From: Paramecium tetraurelia | Taxonomy: Eukaryota | Reading direction: 5' to 3' | NCBI GenBank assembly: GCA_000165425.1 | Contig: CT868664.1 | Span: 310,001 to 355,138 of the forward strand | Length of the DNA stretch: 45,138 nucleotides | Shown here: piece by piece, positions 17,824-31,849 of the stretch | How the letters are laid out: every line of letters starts with the position of its first letter | Numbering within the stretch: position 1 is the stretch's first letter | Position numbers and translations under genes: made by a program | Notes under the pieces: model-generated | Database searches by the model: none | Told to the model about the DNA's origin: nothing | The model's input: only the letters and a program-made list of their open reading frames with translations

Positions 17824-19739
17824 ATGACAATTTATTTTCATAAACTTTTAGATGCTGAGACTGAGAGATAATATAATTGCTTCCAAAATGAATAAATCAT
17901 TAAAACTTAAAATAAATAAAAAGTTCTAATCCTTCTATTATTAAGTGTTTTTACAATTTAAAAAGGAATTGAGAAAAGTTGGACTTCATTAACCTTCAAT
18001 ATATTTGGATTCATTTTCATTACAATATCCTTCAAGTTTGTGAAAAAAGCCTCCATGTATTACAAATATTTGCTCTTGGTCATTGTTTTGATATTTAATA
18101 TGTTTTACCCATTAAATCGCTACATGGGTACACTTCCAAATCAAGATACTTACTTGGATGGCTACTTCATTTGCCTCGGTTCATTATCGTAAGATATTCA
18201 TCATACCTATTTAGAATCCTTAATAGTGTGGAGGCTTATGCAAAATACATTGTGATGATACCCATTCTAGCATTTAATTTGTACGTAGGGCCTTACACTG
18301 AAGCAGTCCTGTGGTCGCAATTCTTGAAGTTTGGGATTATGACAGTCATGGACATTCAATTTGGAATACAATAAGAAATTTGTAGAAGGAAATAGTTTTC
18401 CAAGTTGAATTGCAATAAAATAATTCAAAATTACTTCAACTCCTAAGATTTGTTTGACATCTTCAAGGTGAAATTCGATGAAAATGTTAAGTCTATAAAA
18501 TTATCATCCCTATTAGAAAAACAAAAGTTTAATGAATTTTAATAATTAGATTTTAAATAACGAATAAGAAAAATATTAGTTCATCCTAAAAAGTATAACA
18601 CTGAGATGAATAAGAATAGCTAATAGAATCAATTTTAAATGAACAAAATTAATTTGGAAACATTTCTACTATACTACCTAAAAGGAATAAAGCCAAAAGC
18701 AGATTTTAAATTATTTGAGTCTTTCAAGAACAAATTGAAAGTTGATCTTGAAGAAATCTCAGTTAACAATTTAGGATAGAATGAAATTTCTACATTCAAC
18801 TCCAAGCAAATTGTAATATATAAAATTCATCACTATAAGACTCCTCAAGCTTTGATAATCTTGAAATAACATTAGATATCCACTAAAATCAAGAAGTTGA
18901 AACTCAAACAAGAAAATTATAAGCTCATCATAAAATACTTTATTTCCATCTTTAACTCTTCCTTTAAGAAATGCTTAACAATATTGCAAGATTTCAATCA
19001 ATTTTGTGATATCAATATAACTTCATAGCAATAATTAATATTTCGTGAACATCATACTTAATTGAATAAGGCTTGGAATTCATTTAGAAATATGGTAGAT
19101 TTTATGCAATTATCATGCAATATCAACCCATTGGCAACTTTCAATATTCTGCTAATGGTTGAATAGTTAACATAAGCAGTTAAGTATCTGCATCATGATA
19201 ATCATGATAATGCCGTAGATCTGGAAATTATAAATAAATTAAAAAGTTCATTTGTTGTCTCTAATAATGCAAAGATGAAATAACTCTTCTTAAATTTGTT
19301 TTACTATATATTAGATCTGAATTATGGAAAGATTTACATCATGTTAGAAGAAGAGTAGAATAGCGACGATAATATTATTTACGTAAAGATTAAGTATCAA
19401 AGCGAAAGCATTTTTACAAAGTCAGAATTACAAAGTTTTCCAATCATAAATCCAATGTCCTTTTCAGATTTACAACATAATTCAAAGAGCATCTTAAATT
19501 TAGAAATACCCATTAGTATTTGGTTGGTAAGACTTTTAGGACCAAAAGATAAAATTATAATAAGAAAAATGAAATAGTAATATGAATTAGAATTTTAATT
19601 GTATAAAATATTAACTGCTGATATGAGTTTACAACAATATTATAATATAAAACTAGAAAATCAAGTGATATTACAGCAAGACGAATAACCTTTGATCACA
19701 AATTGTATTTCTTTATAGCCATGTATAAATGGATAATGA
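17824..19739 (+). CDS. Multi-pass membrane protein with degenerate histidine-kinase/HATPase-like C-terminus
   Basis: Several N-terminal hydrophobic helices and a 26-nt intron near 18189. C-terminal SNNAKMKQLFLNLFYYILDLNYGKIYI and LEIPISIWLVRLLGPKDKI resemble N-box and G2-box regions. Confidence 0.65.
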
Positions 19740-20119
19740 CTTTATATTTTCAAAATTAGCATTATTGATAGTCTATCTTCAATCATTTTTTAGTCAAAGA
19801 AAAATAAATTCATTACGGATAACTATGAGTTCAAATTCTTCCTAAAATATAGATTTTTATATATGAATTATTAGAGCTTCATGTTATGTTTAATATGATT
19901 TAGAAATAAATTTATTTCTTAATTTTAATATTTCTCTCTTTTTTTGAAAAATTATTTAAATTAAATATAACAAGAATCTTAGTCAGTTTTGAATTGTAAA
20001 TACTTTTTTTTTAAATTTTACCTCACCTTAAAATGAAAGGAAAATAGAATTTTGGATCCAGATTATATGAAATTAGTAGCGTTGTTATTTAAATATTTGA
20101 TATATTTTTGATAATAAAG

Positions 20120-21929
20120 TCATGAATCTACTTTTTATATAGATTTGATTGAGGGAGAAGATTCAGAATCTGAATCATCCTATTATTCAATTTGGGGCAT
20201 TCTACTTGGGAGGTCGGACAGAAAATGTGTCTATGTAACAGGAGAAAAGTTAGTTAAACTTTTGACTTCCTTTCTCATGTTGATCCTAAACAGTTGAATA
20301 ATATCATCATCTAAGAATTCAACCAAATGTTGGTTAATTTGATCATCCTTAAATTTGGCAAGATTGTTGAATGCTGTTTAAGCTTCAATTGCTTTCTCAA
20401 GTTCTGATTACTCAGGCTTTAGAATTGAAAAATAGGATTGCTTATTACTAGAATGCAAATCTATATTCGGTTTCGGTAGGAAATCAAATAATTTTATTTG
20501 GTCTGGGGACAATAAAATCATTTTTAATTTATCAATTTCTTGCAATTTCTTTACAATGTAAGTAATATCAAGAGAATTATTAATCTTGCTCATTGAATAC
20601 GAGATCAATTATTACTTTTAACCTCTTGCACAAGGGATGTAATCGCAAAAAGATAATTCTAATTTACTATTTCTCTCATCGAAGAATCGTTTGATACTAT
20701 CCTGCAAGGCATTAATCAAAAACTTATGGTCGTTCTTCTCTGAATTCCTCCCATTTGTTGTCATTTATCGATTTATCCTCTCTAATTGCGAGGTTTTCAA
20801 TTGAATTGACTTCAACCTTTATTTAGCAGTACTACTTGGGTGTATCTTTTGTTACTACTCTTCGTTTTAATTGTTAAGGTTAAAGTTGAATAATTCATTC
20901 AAGAGGGTGACTTTATAAGATAATTCGTTTAGGGGAGTTACAATAAATAAAGCAGCTAAAATGAAGATTTCACATAGACCACCGAAGTCACTTAGACTTT
21001 ATTGAATTTTGGGATATGAGATTTGATAAATTTATGTCAAATTATCTAAGTAGAAGCGATATGTCGCATATACTTTTTCATCTTGGGAGTCAAAGTTCTC
21101 ATATAGATTATTTATCGAAAGAGATTTAGTGGTTTCTAATTCTTGCAAGATGTATCCGTGATCTTATTTGACTTCTGTTATTTGGAAGATACCGTTGAAT
21201 CTTTTGGTGTAATATTAGTTTATAACATTTTTAAATGTCTTGCCATATAATTGATGGGGTTGGTCAAAGTTCATAGTGTCTGCATAAGTCGATAATGTCT
21301 TAATAATGATTTCATCATTTTCTATTAAGGGACATCTACTGCTACTTAATTAAATAATAAAATTACGTTTCTTCGCATTGATTAATAGAAACTTCTATAT
21401 ACTTATAATAGTCTGAATCCAAACTACCCTCTATAATTACATGTGGAACTGACTCCCAATCAATGCAATATTGAACCAGAGAAGTATTGACAAAATAATC
21501 GTGGAGGCCTTCTTGTTTTTAACATTTAATTAGAGGGATATTTGTTCTTTCAATATTAGGAGTCATCTTTGAGTTTGTTTTATCTTCAAATATTTGAGAC
21601 ACCAACCACATTGAAACAGTATATGAATCTCCAAGATCATAATTTAGAGAACTGATAGTAATCGTGAAATTTTCTTTCGATAAATATATTGGGGGTTGCT
21701 GTTGTGAATATGATTGGTTAGTAAGTAAAGTAGGATTGTCGTGTATTACAAATGACGAAACGATATTGATAAATTGGATTAAAAGCACGGAAATTATCCC
21801 CATGGTCATAAAGGTGCCCAGCAAAGTTCTGTGTCCCCCTTGCTTAAGGAGGAACAAATCGACTGGTTTGACAAAGACGTTAATGTATTTTAGATAGTGA
21901 ATAGCTTGATCGAATTTTTTTTGATTCAT
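20120..21929 (-). CDS. Ciliate-family two-TM membrane protein with large extracellular loop
   Basis: TM1 GHRTLLGTFMTMGIISVLLIQF. TM2 region YPKIQQSLSDFGGLCEIFILAALFIVTP. Cytosolic LDITYIVKKLQEIDKLKMILLSPDQIKLFDFLPKP. TGA at 20120-20122. Confidence 0.8.
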
Positions 21930-22060
21930 TTATAATGATAAGGATTTAGATTTGAAAACCTTTTAATGAATTGTTTTAGGAAATATACTATAGTATTGAT
22001 TTAAGATTTTTTAATATTGAGAATTCAAAATATATTAATAATAATAATACGAATAAATAT

Positions 22061-22666
22061 TCATTCATCCTCTTATGATTAAATAATCCTTTATAAAATT
22101 ACTTTTTCCAAACCCATAGAATTTCTGAACATGATTTACTCATTTAATCCAAATTTCTTTTTAACCAGATTCGAATGGGGAAATATTTCATCCATGAATG
22201 AAAACTCATCAAAATTAAAATAGGGCTTAAAATCCTATCTTCTTGAATGAATAGAAGACAACTTATATTATTGTAACTTGTTTGCTTATTACACATAATT
22301 ACATATTTATTTTTATAATTAGTGTTTATCTTTAGTATTTAAATTAATTGAAAAGGATGGTTTTGATAACTTTTTTGCTTTAGGTCTGGGGATTTTATCT
22401 ACATTCATCTTCTATCTCCTTAATTAATTAATTAATCTAGAAGGAGGCAGTCTCAGTTACTTGTGCTGATGTAATTAGTTCACCACATAATCATATGATT
22501 CATTTTCAGTTTTGATGGAACTGTTAACATGAGTATTCTTCTCATCCTTGGGTACATAGAGAGTCTTGTAAATGAGGTTCCTACTTTGGGAACTCATTTA
22601 AGTCTTTGATTTGGTCGTAAGAGTCTGTTTATCAAAGTGAATTATTGGAAGAATCTCCTTACTCAT
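22061..22666 (-). CDS. Hypothetical protein, 201 aa, intronless
   Basis: Uninterrupted code-6 ORF MSKEILPIIHFDKQ...LEKVILQRIIQSQEDE*, 606 bp. Confidence 0.7.
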
Positions 22667-22691
22667 ATTAATAATAAACTTATAAAATAAT

Positions 22692-24068
22692 TCACACAAC
22701 ATTAATCCATTTATGTGGTTTGCTTCCAGTCTAAAGGTATAATAATAAAGGAATACTTGAATCTCAGTGATCATATCAAACAACTAGTGAGACAACTCAC
22801 CAGCATTTAACTTAGGATCATACTTAACTTCATAGATTTTATCATTGTATCCAATAGCTTCGATTGGTTGAATGCTGACAGCAGTGCCTGATCCGAACAT
22901 TTCAATCATCTACATATAGGATATTTAATGTTACTCTTCCTTCACTAATAGCCTCGATGACTTCTTAGATGTACACTTTCTTTTCTATAACTTTGAATTA
23001 TTTCATCTCTCTGGTTAATTCCTGAATTTAAATTCAATATAATACAAGTAATGAGTCTCTGACTATTCCTGGCAATATGGTGCCATCAAGTTGAGGTGTA
23101 ACCAATTCTCTTTCTCCTTGCTTGTTCTTCCAGAAGAAAAACAAATTGCAAACTCCCATCTCCTAAACCAATCCATCTGGTAGCATCCACAAATTTTGAT
23201 GGAATCCAATTTTTTAAACTTCCTTCAAAGGCATGACAGTGGGAGCATAATTACCTGCAACTTTATATCCACCAACACCTCCTGGAGCTGAACGAATCTA
23301 TATTATACAAGCGAATTATTACTGTTGTGGTATTACAAAATACTCGAACGGGTTTGAGTCCAGATGGGAAATATGGACCGACAGGACATAAAACAACAAA
23401 CAATTTTGCTCTGCTGGATGCTCTCACTCCTAAAGCTTCCTCTGTTGCTATGATGGTTGGTCTGATGTAACAACTAAATCCTGGTCTGTCAGGTATCCAA
23501 TCCTGATCCACTTTCAATAAACCTTCAATGCATTTTTATAATTCTGCTCCATCAAAATCAGGCAAAGAAAGTCTCTTTGCTGATTGTTTCATTCTGTACA
23601 TATTGCAATCCAATCTAAACGTTCTGATTGTCTTGTTTGGTCCTTTGTATGCCTAATAATAATCCTATTTTGAAATTACTTTAGCTCCTTCAAAACACTC
23701 AATGGCATAATGTAAGCATGCAGCAAATGGATGGATCGAAAAGCTTTTAAAAGGAATAATCTATGGACGTGACCAACTAACCATAATATTGATTTGATTA
23801 CCCCATTTTTTCAGTCCAATCAATCTCTAACATATGATCTGTGTGAAATGCTCCAAAAGTCATTATTTTAGGATCACAAGGTGGTTTTGTTATGTAATGC
23901 ATGGTGTGAGTGGTTGTCATATCCCTGGCCTAGAAATTAGGATTGTGAAAATTACTTAGAAGGAGGGATATGGACTAGTGAGGTCTAGATTTTTGTAATA
24001 GGAAAATCGGAAGAATAACTGCCATATAAATGAAATGATGATACCTTTTGAACTTTTGACGCACTCAT
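22692..24068 (-). CDS. BCAT: Branched-chain amino acid aminotransferase (PLP fold IV)
   Basis: [40 protein letters not shown] (PLP lysine), [27 protein letters not shown]. About 8 micro-introns. Confidence 0.93.
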
Positions 24069-24199
24069 GGACCGTAAAATAAATATTTAAATAATTTGAT
24101 ATCTATATTAAAAAATTACGCATTATGTCAATGTAAATTAACTCATTGATTACGCTATTATACATTTACGAATTATTACATTAATATTCAATGACCTAA

Positions 24200-24963
24200 T
24201 ATCACCTGGATAATGTTGGCATTGTTAAAATAATATCACAAACTTAAGATAGATGTATAACAATCAAATGATTATATTATATGGCAACTTTATGTAGTAA
24301 TTAATTATACTAAATCAAAGATTAAGTTGAGTCTTCCCTTCAAACTCAAAAACAAATTGCTTTGAAGAATAATTCATTAATTATGCTCTATAGAAACAAG
24401 CATTGATCAATTATGAAAGTTTGAAGAATACTATCCTCATTTTCACTTAAATCTTTGGATAATCATCTAAATAGAAATGATAATTTATTATAGCGATCTA
24501 AGTAAATGGTTTAGAATTCTTTCATATGCTGAGAGCATTTCACATTTTCATACTTCCTTTTAAATTTAAAAGAGTGATTGATATGCTTTCATAAAGCATT
24601 CTTAAAATTTTGATTACGTATTTTGAGAACTTGATATTCTGAAATAAATACTCAAGAAACACATTGAAACAATCTAGAAATATCTACGGGAAATGTTGTT
24701 TGCATTCCAAATTTAGTATAGAAACATCATACTTTGATGGTCATAGTGAAAATAAAATCAAAATTTTTTAAAAGTGATTTAGTAGAGAAATCCTAGAACT
24801 TACTTGAGAATTATTTAGTATTCATACTAATTAATACCGATTTGATAGTATTCAAAAGGATATCAGATTTCTTACGCCACTCAACATAAGATTCGTTCTG
24901 AGATTTAATTAACATCAATGAGCAATTCGTAAGTTATGTTGTGACATAGCAATAGTGTGACAT
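24200..24963 (-). pseudogene. Probable decayed gene remnant, possibly of a WD40-repeat family
   Basis: The frames read (plus frame 1 and its minus mirror in full, others in part) each contain TGAs not removable by plausible introns. The minus frame has fragments HYCYVTTQLTNCSLMLI, TIKV*CF, KCSQHM and LSENEDSILQ reminiscent of WD40 strands. Confidence 0.35.
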
Positions 24964-25013
24964 TTTTGATCATAATAGATTTTTTGTATTAAATTAATTA
25001 ATATTTTAACAGT

Positions 25014-26886
25014 ATGGGCTAATCGCAATCCCAAAATTTAGAACAATCACGTATGAGTGTTCCAAAAATCAACTAATTACAGTTTTGGAAATCAGTTAAT
25101 GACATTCGGTATGGTGAAATCAAAGTCTACAAATTAAATGATGGCCATGCTGTTGCTGTAAAAGATCACATCTTTCAAGATGATGAATAATGGCATCTCT
25201 TTAGACAACAGGCAGAATAACAGATGTAATCTAGACAGAAAGATCCATTCTTAATAGAAATGCTGGATTTGTAATTTATCACCGAAAAAGAATTATGCAC
25301 TCAGATGACTTAAGCACATAGTGTATATGAGTATTTTGATGAATACTTGGAAAGATTGATTGTAGAACAAGCAGCATCTAAGCAACATTTTGAAGAAATA
25401 GAAATAGCAGCCATGCTTCATTGTACTGTATTATCTTTATTCATTTCATTCTAGTTGATAGCCATTCAAAAGTTGAGCAGTCAACAAAGGTCACATGGAG
25501 ACATCAGACCGCTCACAATAAGTGTCACATCCTTTCCTAAAAACTGTCCAATCCGATAACATGAACCATACCCAATTTATAAATTAACAGATATTCAATC
25601 ACTAACAGACTTAAATGCTTTCAAACGATGTGTGTCCAAATAAGTGGGAAACTACAATTTAAGTCCTGAATAATTGCAATTTCTTAAACAAAAAGTGCTA
25701 AGACCCACATATGATATGAACAAATCAGATGTCTTCAGCATCGGCTTAACCGCCCTGTAGATGACAACACTGAAAAGTATCAACGATATTTATGACTACC
25801 CTCATTATCTGATTAATACAGAGAAGTTAGATACCTACATACGAGAGATGAAAACACTGTATAGTGAACAGTTATGTTCTATAGTGTGTTAATTGTTATA
25901 ATTAGCCCCTGAAACTAGACCTAATTCAAGACAGGCCAATGATCTGTTAATTGGTTACAGATTTCAACTTGAAGATTATTTCAGAGTATTTTGTTCATCC
26001 TATTAAGCAATCTACTCTTTAAGAAACCTTACCTAATTATTCTATTGATTTTAGATTGCAAAATAGTAATCAAAAAATCGAGTAATAAGTGGTCAGCAGA
26101 GTTGTAGACACTACTGATGTTTATGAACAATTAGAGCTTCTGGAATAAAGAACTAAAATTGCACTTCAAAGAAGTTAGGATGCTTAAAATAAGTGCCAAA
26201 AAACACCAGGCAAACAATTAGAACAAACTAGAAGTTGCTAATTATACAGCAATCTAACTCCCATCACTTAATAAGAACTTTAATTATAATTAAGCGATTA
26301 CAAGCAAGATAATTTAAATCAACAATCTCCATACTATCACTAGCATGCCAATTACCAAAAACAAGAAATTAATCAATTTTAGATCCAAGAACATGAACAA
26401 TATGATTATAATTAATAAGAAATTGAGGACAAGCCTAAGCAAAGTGTTGTGGAATAATTTACTCCCTCCAATTTAAAAACCATAGAACAAAGACCCAATA
26501 TTTATAATGCAACTACGCTTTCATAATAATAATTATTTGAATCAATTAATACTGATTAAGCCAAATCCTTTTAGCAATAATAATATTCTTAATAATATCA
26601 GAATCAATCAAAATACTAGCCATAACCTAGGTAATCTTAACTTCTTAGAGATTAAGAGTTGACAAAGTAATTGACTGGATAATAGGAAATTATCTCCAAC
26701 TATTAGCAGTTACAAGATAATCATGAGTAATCTCCTTATAATTCCAAATAAGATATCCATTAGCAACTCTCAGATCATTTTGATGCCTAACAATAAGTGG
26801 CAGTAAGATTATCAGGCACCTAAGCATAGAGGTAGAGACAACAGACTGGTTCCATTGTAGAAACTAGAAGATCTAATCATTAATGA
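25014..26886 (+). CDS. Protein-kinase-like (probable pseudokinase) with N-myristoylation signal and Gln-rich tail
   Basis: MGQSQS start; VAVKDH; SHGDIRPLTI; YKLTDIQ in place of DFG; LSPE; KSDVFSIGLT; PETRP. Long Q-rich C-terminus, largely TAA/TAG/CAA. Confidence 0.8.
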
Positions 26887-26949
26887 TTAATTATAATGAT
26901 AATATATAAATATCTAATTATAATCAATAATATTAACTATTAATTAATT

Positions 26950-27902
26950 TCAGAGTTCACATGGTAGACCATGTAATCTTTCCAAATAATCCATTACTGG
27001 AGTAGTTAAGGCTGCCTAAACCATAAATTGAGACAGTCTCAGCTACCAACCAGCATAGTACCCAATGAAGCCTTTGTCCATATAAACTTTGATAAAGGCT
27101 TTTGGAAGAGTTAATTATTTGTAATTTCCATTTTGTTCCATTTAATACGCCGTCTTCACAGCATCAAATGGTTAGACAAAAAGGATGTTTGGGATTGCAG
27201 TCAATAGACTACACATTGCAATTTAAGGCAAAGTTAGAGCTTGACTTGGGCTCTCTTTAAATGAGTATCTAATCTTGTGGTCCCAATAGAGGTAGTTCGT
27301 CCAAGATACTATTTATTTCAACACCATTGCTTCCATGCCGGTGTAAAGATTCCTCATAAAATGAGACAAGGACCTTTCATTTCTCCATAACTATTTAAGT
27401 ACTAATGATATTAATTGAAAGTTACTTGATTTTGATTAATGTTGAGTCATCAATTAACATTTAATTCTTTCCAAAGGACAAGTGACAAAAGATTCAAATA
27501 ATGCGATTGTTGCACCTGCCAATCCTTTGTGTAAGGCAGGATGATACTCAATCCAAGTTTATGGTAAAAGTTCCCTATAGTATTTGGGGATCAATATCAT
27601 CATTGGCCATCTATTCTGTTGATATTTGAAATATACCTGTAGTATTGTTTAAACAATTGAATACTGATTTGGGATGAGAAACCAGCAAAAACTCCTTTGA
27701 GAACTCCGTTCCTTCGATAAGTATCTTTGAGTAATTATTTCATTGATGATTGAGTGTTCTCAGCTTAAAGTAAAGTCTTGAATCTATCAAATACGTGATC
27801 AATGGGCAATCCAAGAATTACTCTAGATATACCAATTATCTATGTTTCTAAGATTGGTTTCAAATATTTCTTAGTACGAACTTTGAATATGGATTCAGAC
27901 AT
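26950..27902 (-). CDS. Mitochondrial carrier family (SLC25) protein
   Basis: Three repeats with Px[DE]xx[KR] signatures: HVFDRFKTLLQ (degenerate), CPLERIKCQLM and QPFDAVKTAYQ. One intron. Confidence 0.88.
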
Positions 27903-28706
27903 TCCGATTATATAATAATTAAATAATAAGATGGCAATTTTAATACGTATTATTTACATTGTTTGAATTCTCTTTATCATTAATTCATATTCTAATGATA
28001 CATCATTGAATATCATTCACACTTTTTTAATTAAATTATAATCATTTAATAATGATCTGCCCTGCCTTCACCTTTTTGATGATTCATCACATCTACATTT
28101 TAGAAAGAATGGTTGTAGCATATTCTCATAAAGAAACATCAAACTTACTGAATTCAATAAAGAACCACATCGTGTTTAAATTATAATAATTTTGCTGTAT
28201 CTTAAATTTATATAACATTTTTTGTTTATAAGTATTATTATTTTTCTATAAACTTATTTAATACCCAAGAACTTAGCTCTATAAAGGCAAAGAAATACTA
28301 AGTTTTTTGTGTATTATGTTACAAGCTACCAAGAATATCATTATGTTATATATTTCCTATTTTATTTTAACTTTTAAATTATTGTTCATGTGTAAATAAA
28401 CTACATTAAAGAATGTGTTTCCATATCAACTATTACAAAAGACTAGAGAATTAATTATTAAAAATTAAAATACCTAACACTTAAATATAATAGAAAATAA
28501 TGTAAGATTTCTAAATTTAACAACAAATGATACTAGTAGTTATTATGTTATTTAGAAATAAAGAGTTGTTTAGTTTACAAATGAGTGCTTTGATAAGTTT
28601 ATTAATTTGAAGTCCCGATTAGTGGTTTTTCATTAAGCAAATGATATATTTAGAATTTATGTAATTTAGAATATTAAACTTGGAAATAAAACGAATTAAT
28701 TTATAA

Positions 28707-29818
28707 ATGAAAATTGCATATTTATTGTTGTGCTTGGTTGTCATCTAAGGAATAGAATTCGAATCACTTCAAAAGGCGATTGACTTTGATCCTGCATCAA
28801 TAGACTCTCCTAATTGTAAAACAGATGATGAATATACAAACACTTATGAAGCGTATTGAAAAACTTAATGAAAGATTCTTCCCTTGGATTACTATCTTAG
28901 AAGAAGGTGAGGTTGAAATGCAAGAAGATCACAGTGTTCTATCTTAGGCGAAAGAGAAGATCATCTAGGCTAGGGAATTTATTGAAAGTTTGGATGAAGG
29001 TTAATTATATTTCATTCTTAGAACTCCAATAAGAGAAAGAAAAAGAACCTGAGAATTAGACAAATGAAAGTAGCTCTTAGGTTCAAGATGCTTAAACAGA
29101 AAAAACTGGAGAAGCAGTAGAAGAATAAGTAAAGCAAGAGGAAAAAGTGGATGAAGATGATGAAGAGGATCCTTTTGGGTGGGGAACAGGTGAAATTCCT
29201 TAGCTTTTAGTCCATAAGAAAGAGAGAAAAGCTCATAAGAATACACATGCATTTATTCAAATAATGAATGGAAATAAGTTATCTAAATTCAAGAGCGTAT
29301 GATTTAATAGTTAATGATTAGAAAATCAGTAAGCTAATTTCAATGGCAACTGAAATGTAGGATAATCAGGATGAGGATGCTTAGAAAAGAAGACAAAGAA
29401 AACTTGAATTATGTGATGAAATTATAGATGAGTTAACAGATATGATATTATTTTTGGAAAAAGTGATGAATGATTATGTAAATAAGATTGTGATATGCAA
29501 TAGGATTATTAAAACGAAATCTATGAATTATTTAAGAAAAAGTAACAATAGATTTAAGAAGTCGCCACTAATTGCGGTCAAAGAGTAATTAGTTATTAGG
29601 ATGTCAGTTTGATTGAGGAGAAGAAATCCTAAGAGAAAAAAAAAATATAGCATCAAATAAAATCTAAGAGAAGAAATCCAGTTAGTTTTTTGCAAATTGT
29701 TATTGATGATGAAGAAAGTTAATAACACCAACTAGAATACTAAAAATAAATATTGTAGAGTTAAGGAATGTTGGGATTCTTGAGAGCATCTGGAAAATAA
29801 GTAAAATTGATATAATGA
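28707..29818 (+). CDS. Secreted acidic coiled-coil proprotein (candidate extrusome/trichocyst cargo)
   Basis: Signal peptide MKIAYLLLCLVVIQG. Four micro-introns (22-26 nt) restore a continuous frame. Acidic middle region; AFIQ and SFLQ motifs. Confidence 0.7.
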
Positions 29819-29880
29819 TATCTTATTTTTATTAATATATTTAAAAAGATGTTGATATATAATAATTTTAATATTATACT

Positions 29881-31365
<1,485 letters not shown>

Positions 31366-31411
31366 TGACAATTTTATATTCAGAATTCTTTGCAATTTAT
31401 TTAATAATCAT

Positions 31412-31729
31412 TCATTTTTTCCCCTTTCTACATATCCAAGCTGTAGTTCCTATGACTATCGGCCATTTTATTGGAGCCATTAGTTTATAAATAATGTATG
31501 CTGCCGTGGGTGTACCATATGTCTCAAACTATTCCCATTTTCCTTATGTTGTATCAAATCCTAGTCTAATGAGAAATGAAAGGAAATACTTTTATCCAAC
31601 TTATTTGACATCGACTCCTTATTTCAATGCAAAGAAAACTATCCCATAATTGACTATTGAATAGGAAATGTAGACACCGATCCCCAGTTTGCCGTAAGTA
31701 GCAAAGAATTGTTTTGCCTTTTATTACAT
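31412..31729 (-). CDS. FAM210/DUF1279-like small membrane protein (~97 aa)
   Basis: KQFFATYGKLGIGVYISYSIVNYGIVFFALKQGVDV...AAYIIYKLMAPIKWPIVIGTT matches the DUF1279 pattern. One probable 24-nt intron. Confidence 0.75.
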
Positions 31730-31849
31730 TATATATTTATTAATTAGCTTAAATAATGGAGAGTTAATAGACATAATTAATTTTATTGAAAAGGCTTAGT
31801 TTTATATTTAATATAATTAACAATATTATTTTTATCAAATAAAATATTA

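Noticed and set aside
24200..24963. TGA=Trp readthrough gene (e.g. mitochondrial-code insert)
   Set aside because: Only one TGA falls at a plausible Trp position, there is no similarity to a mitochondrial gene, and decay explains it more simply.
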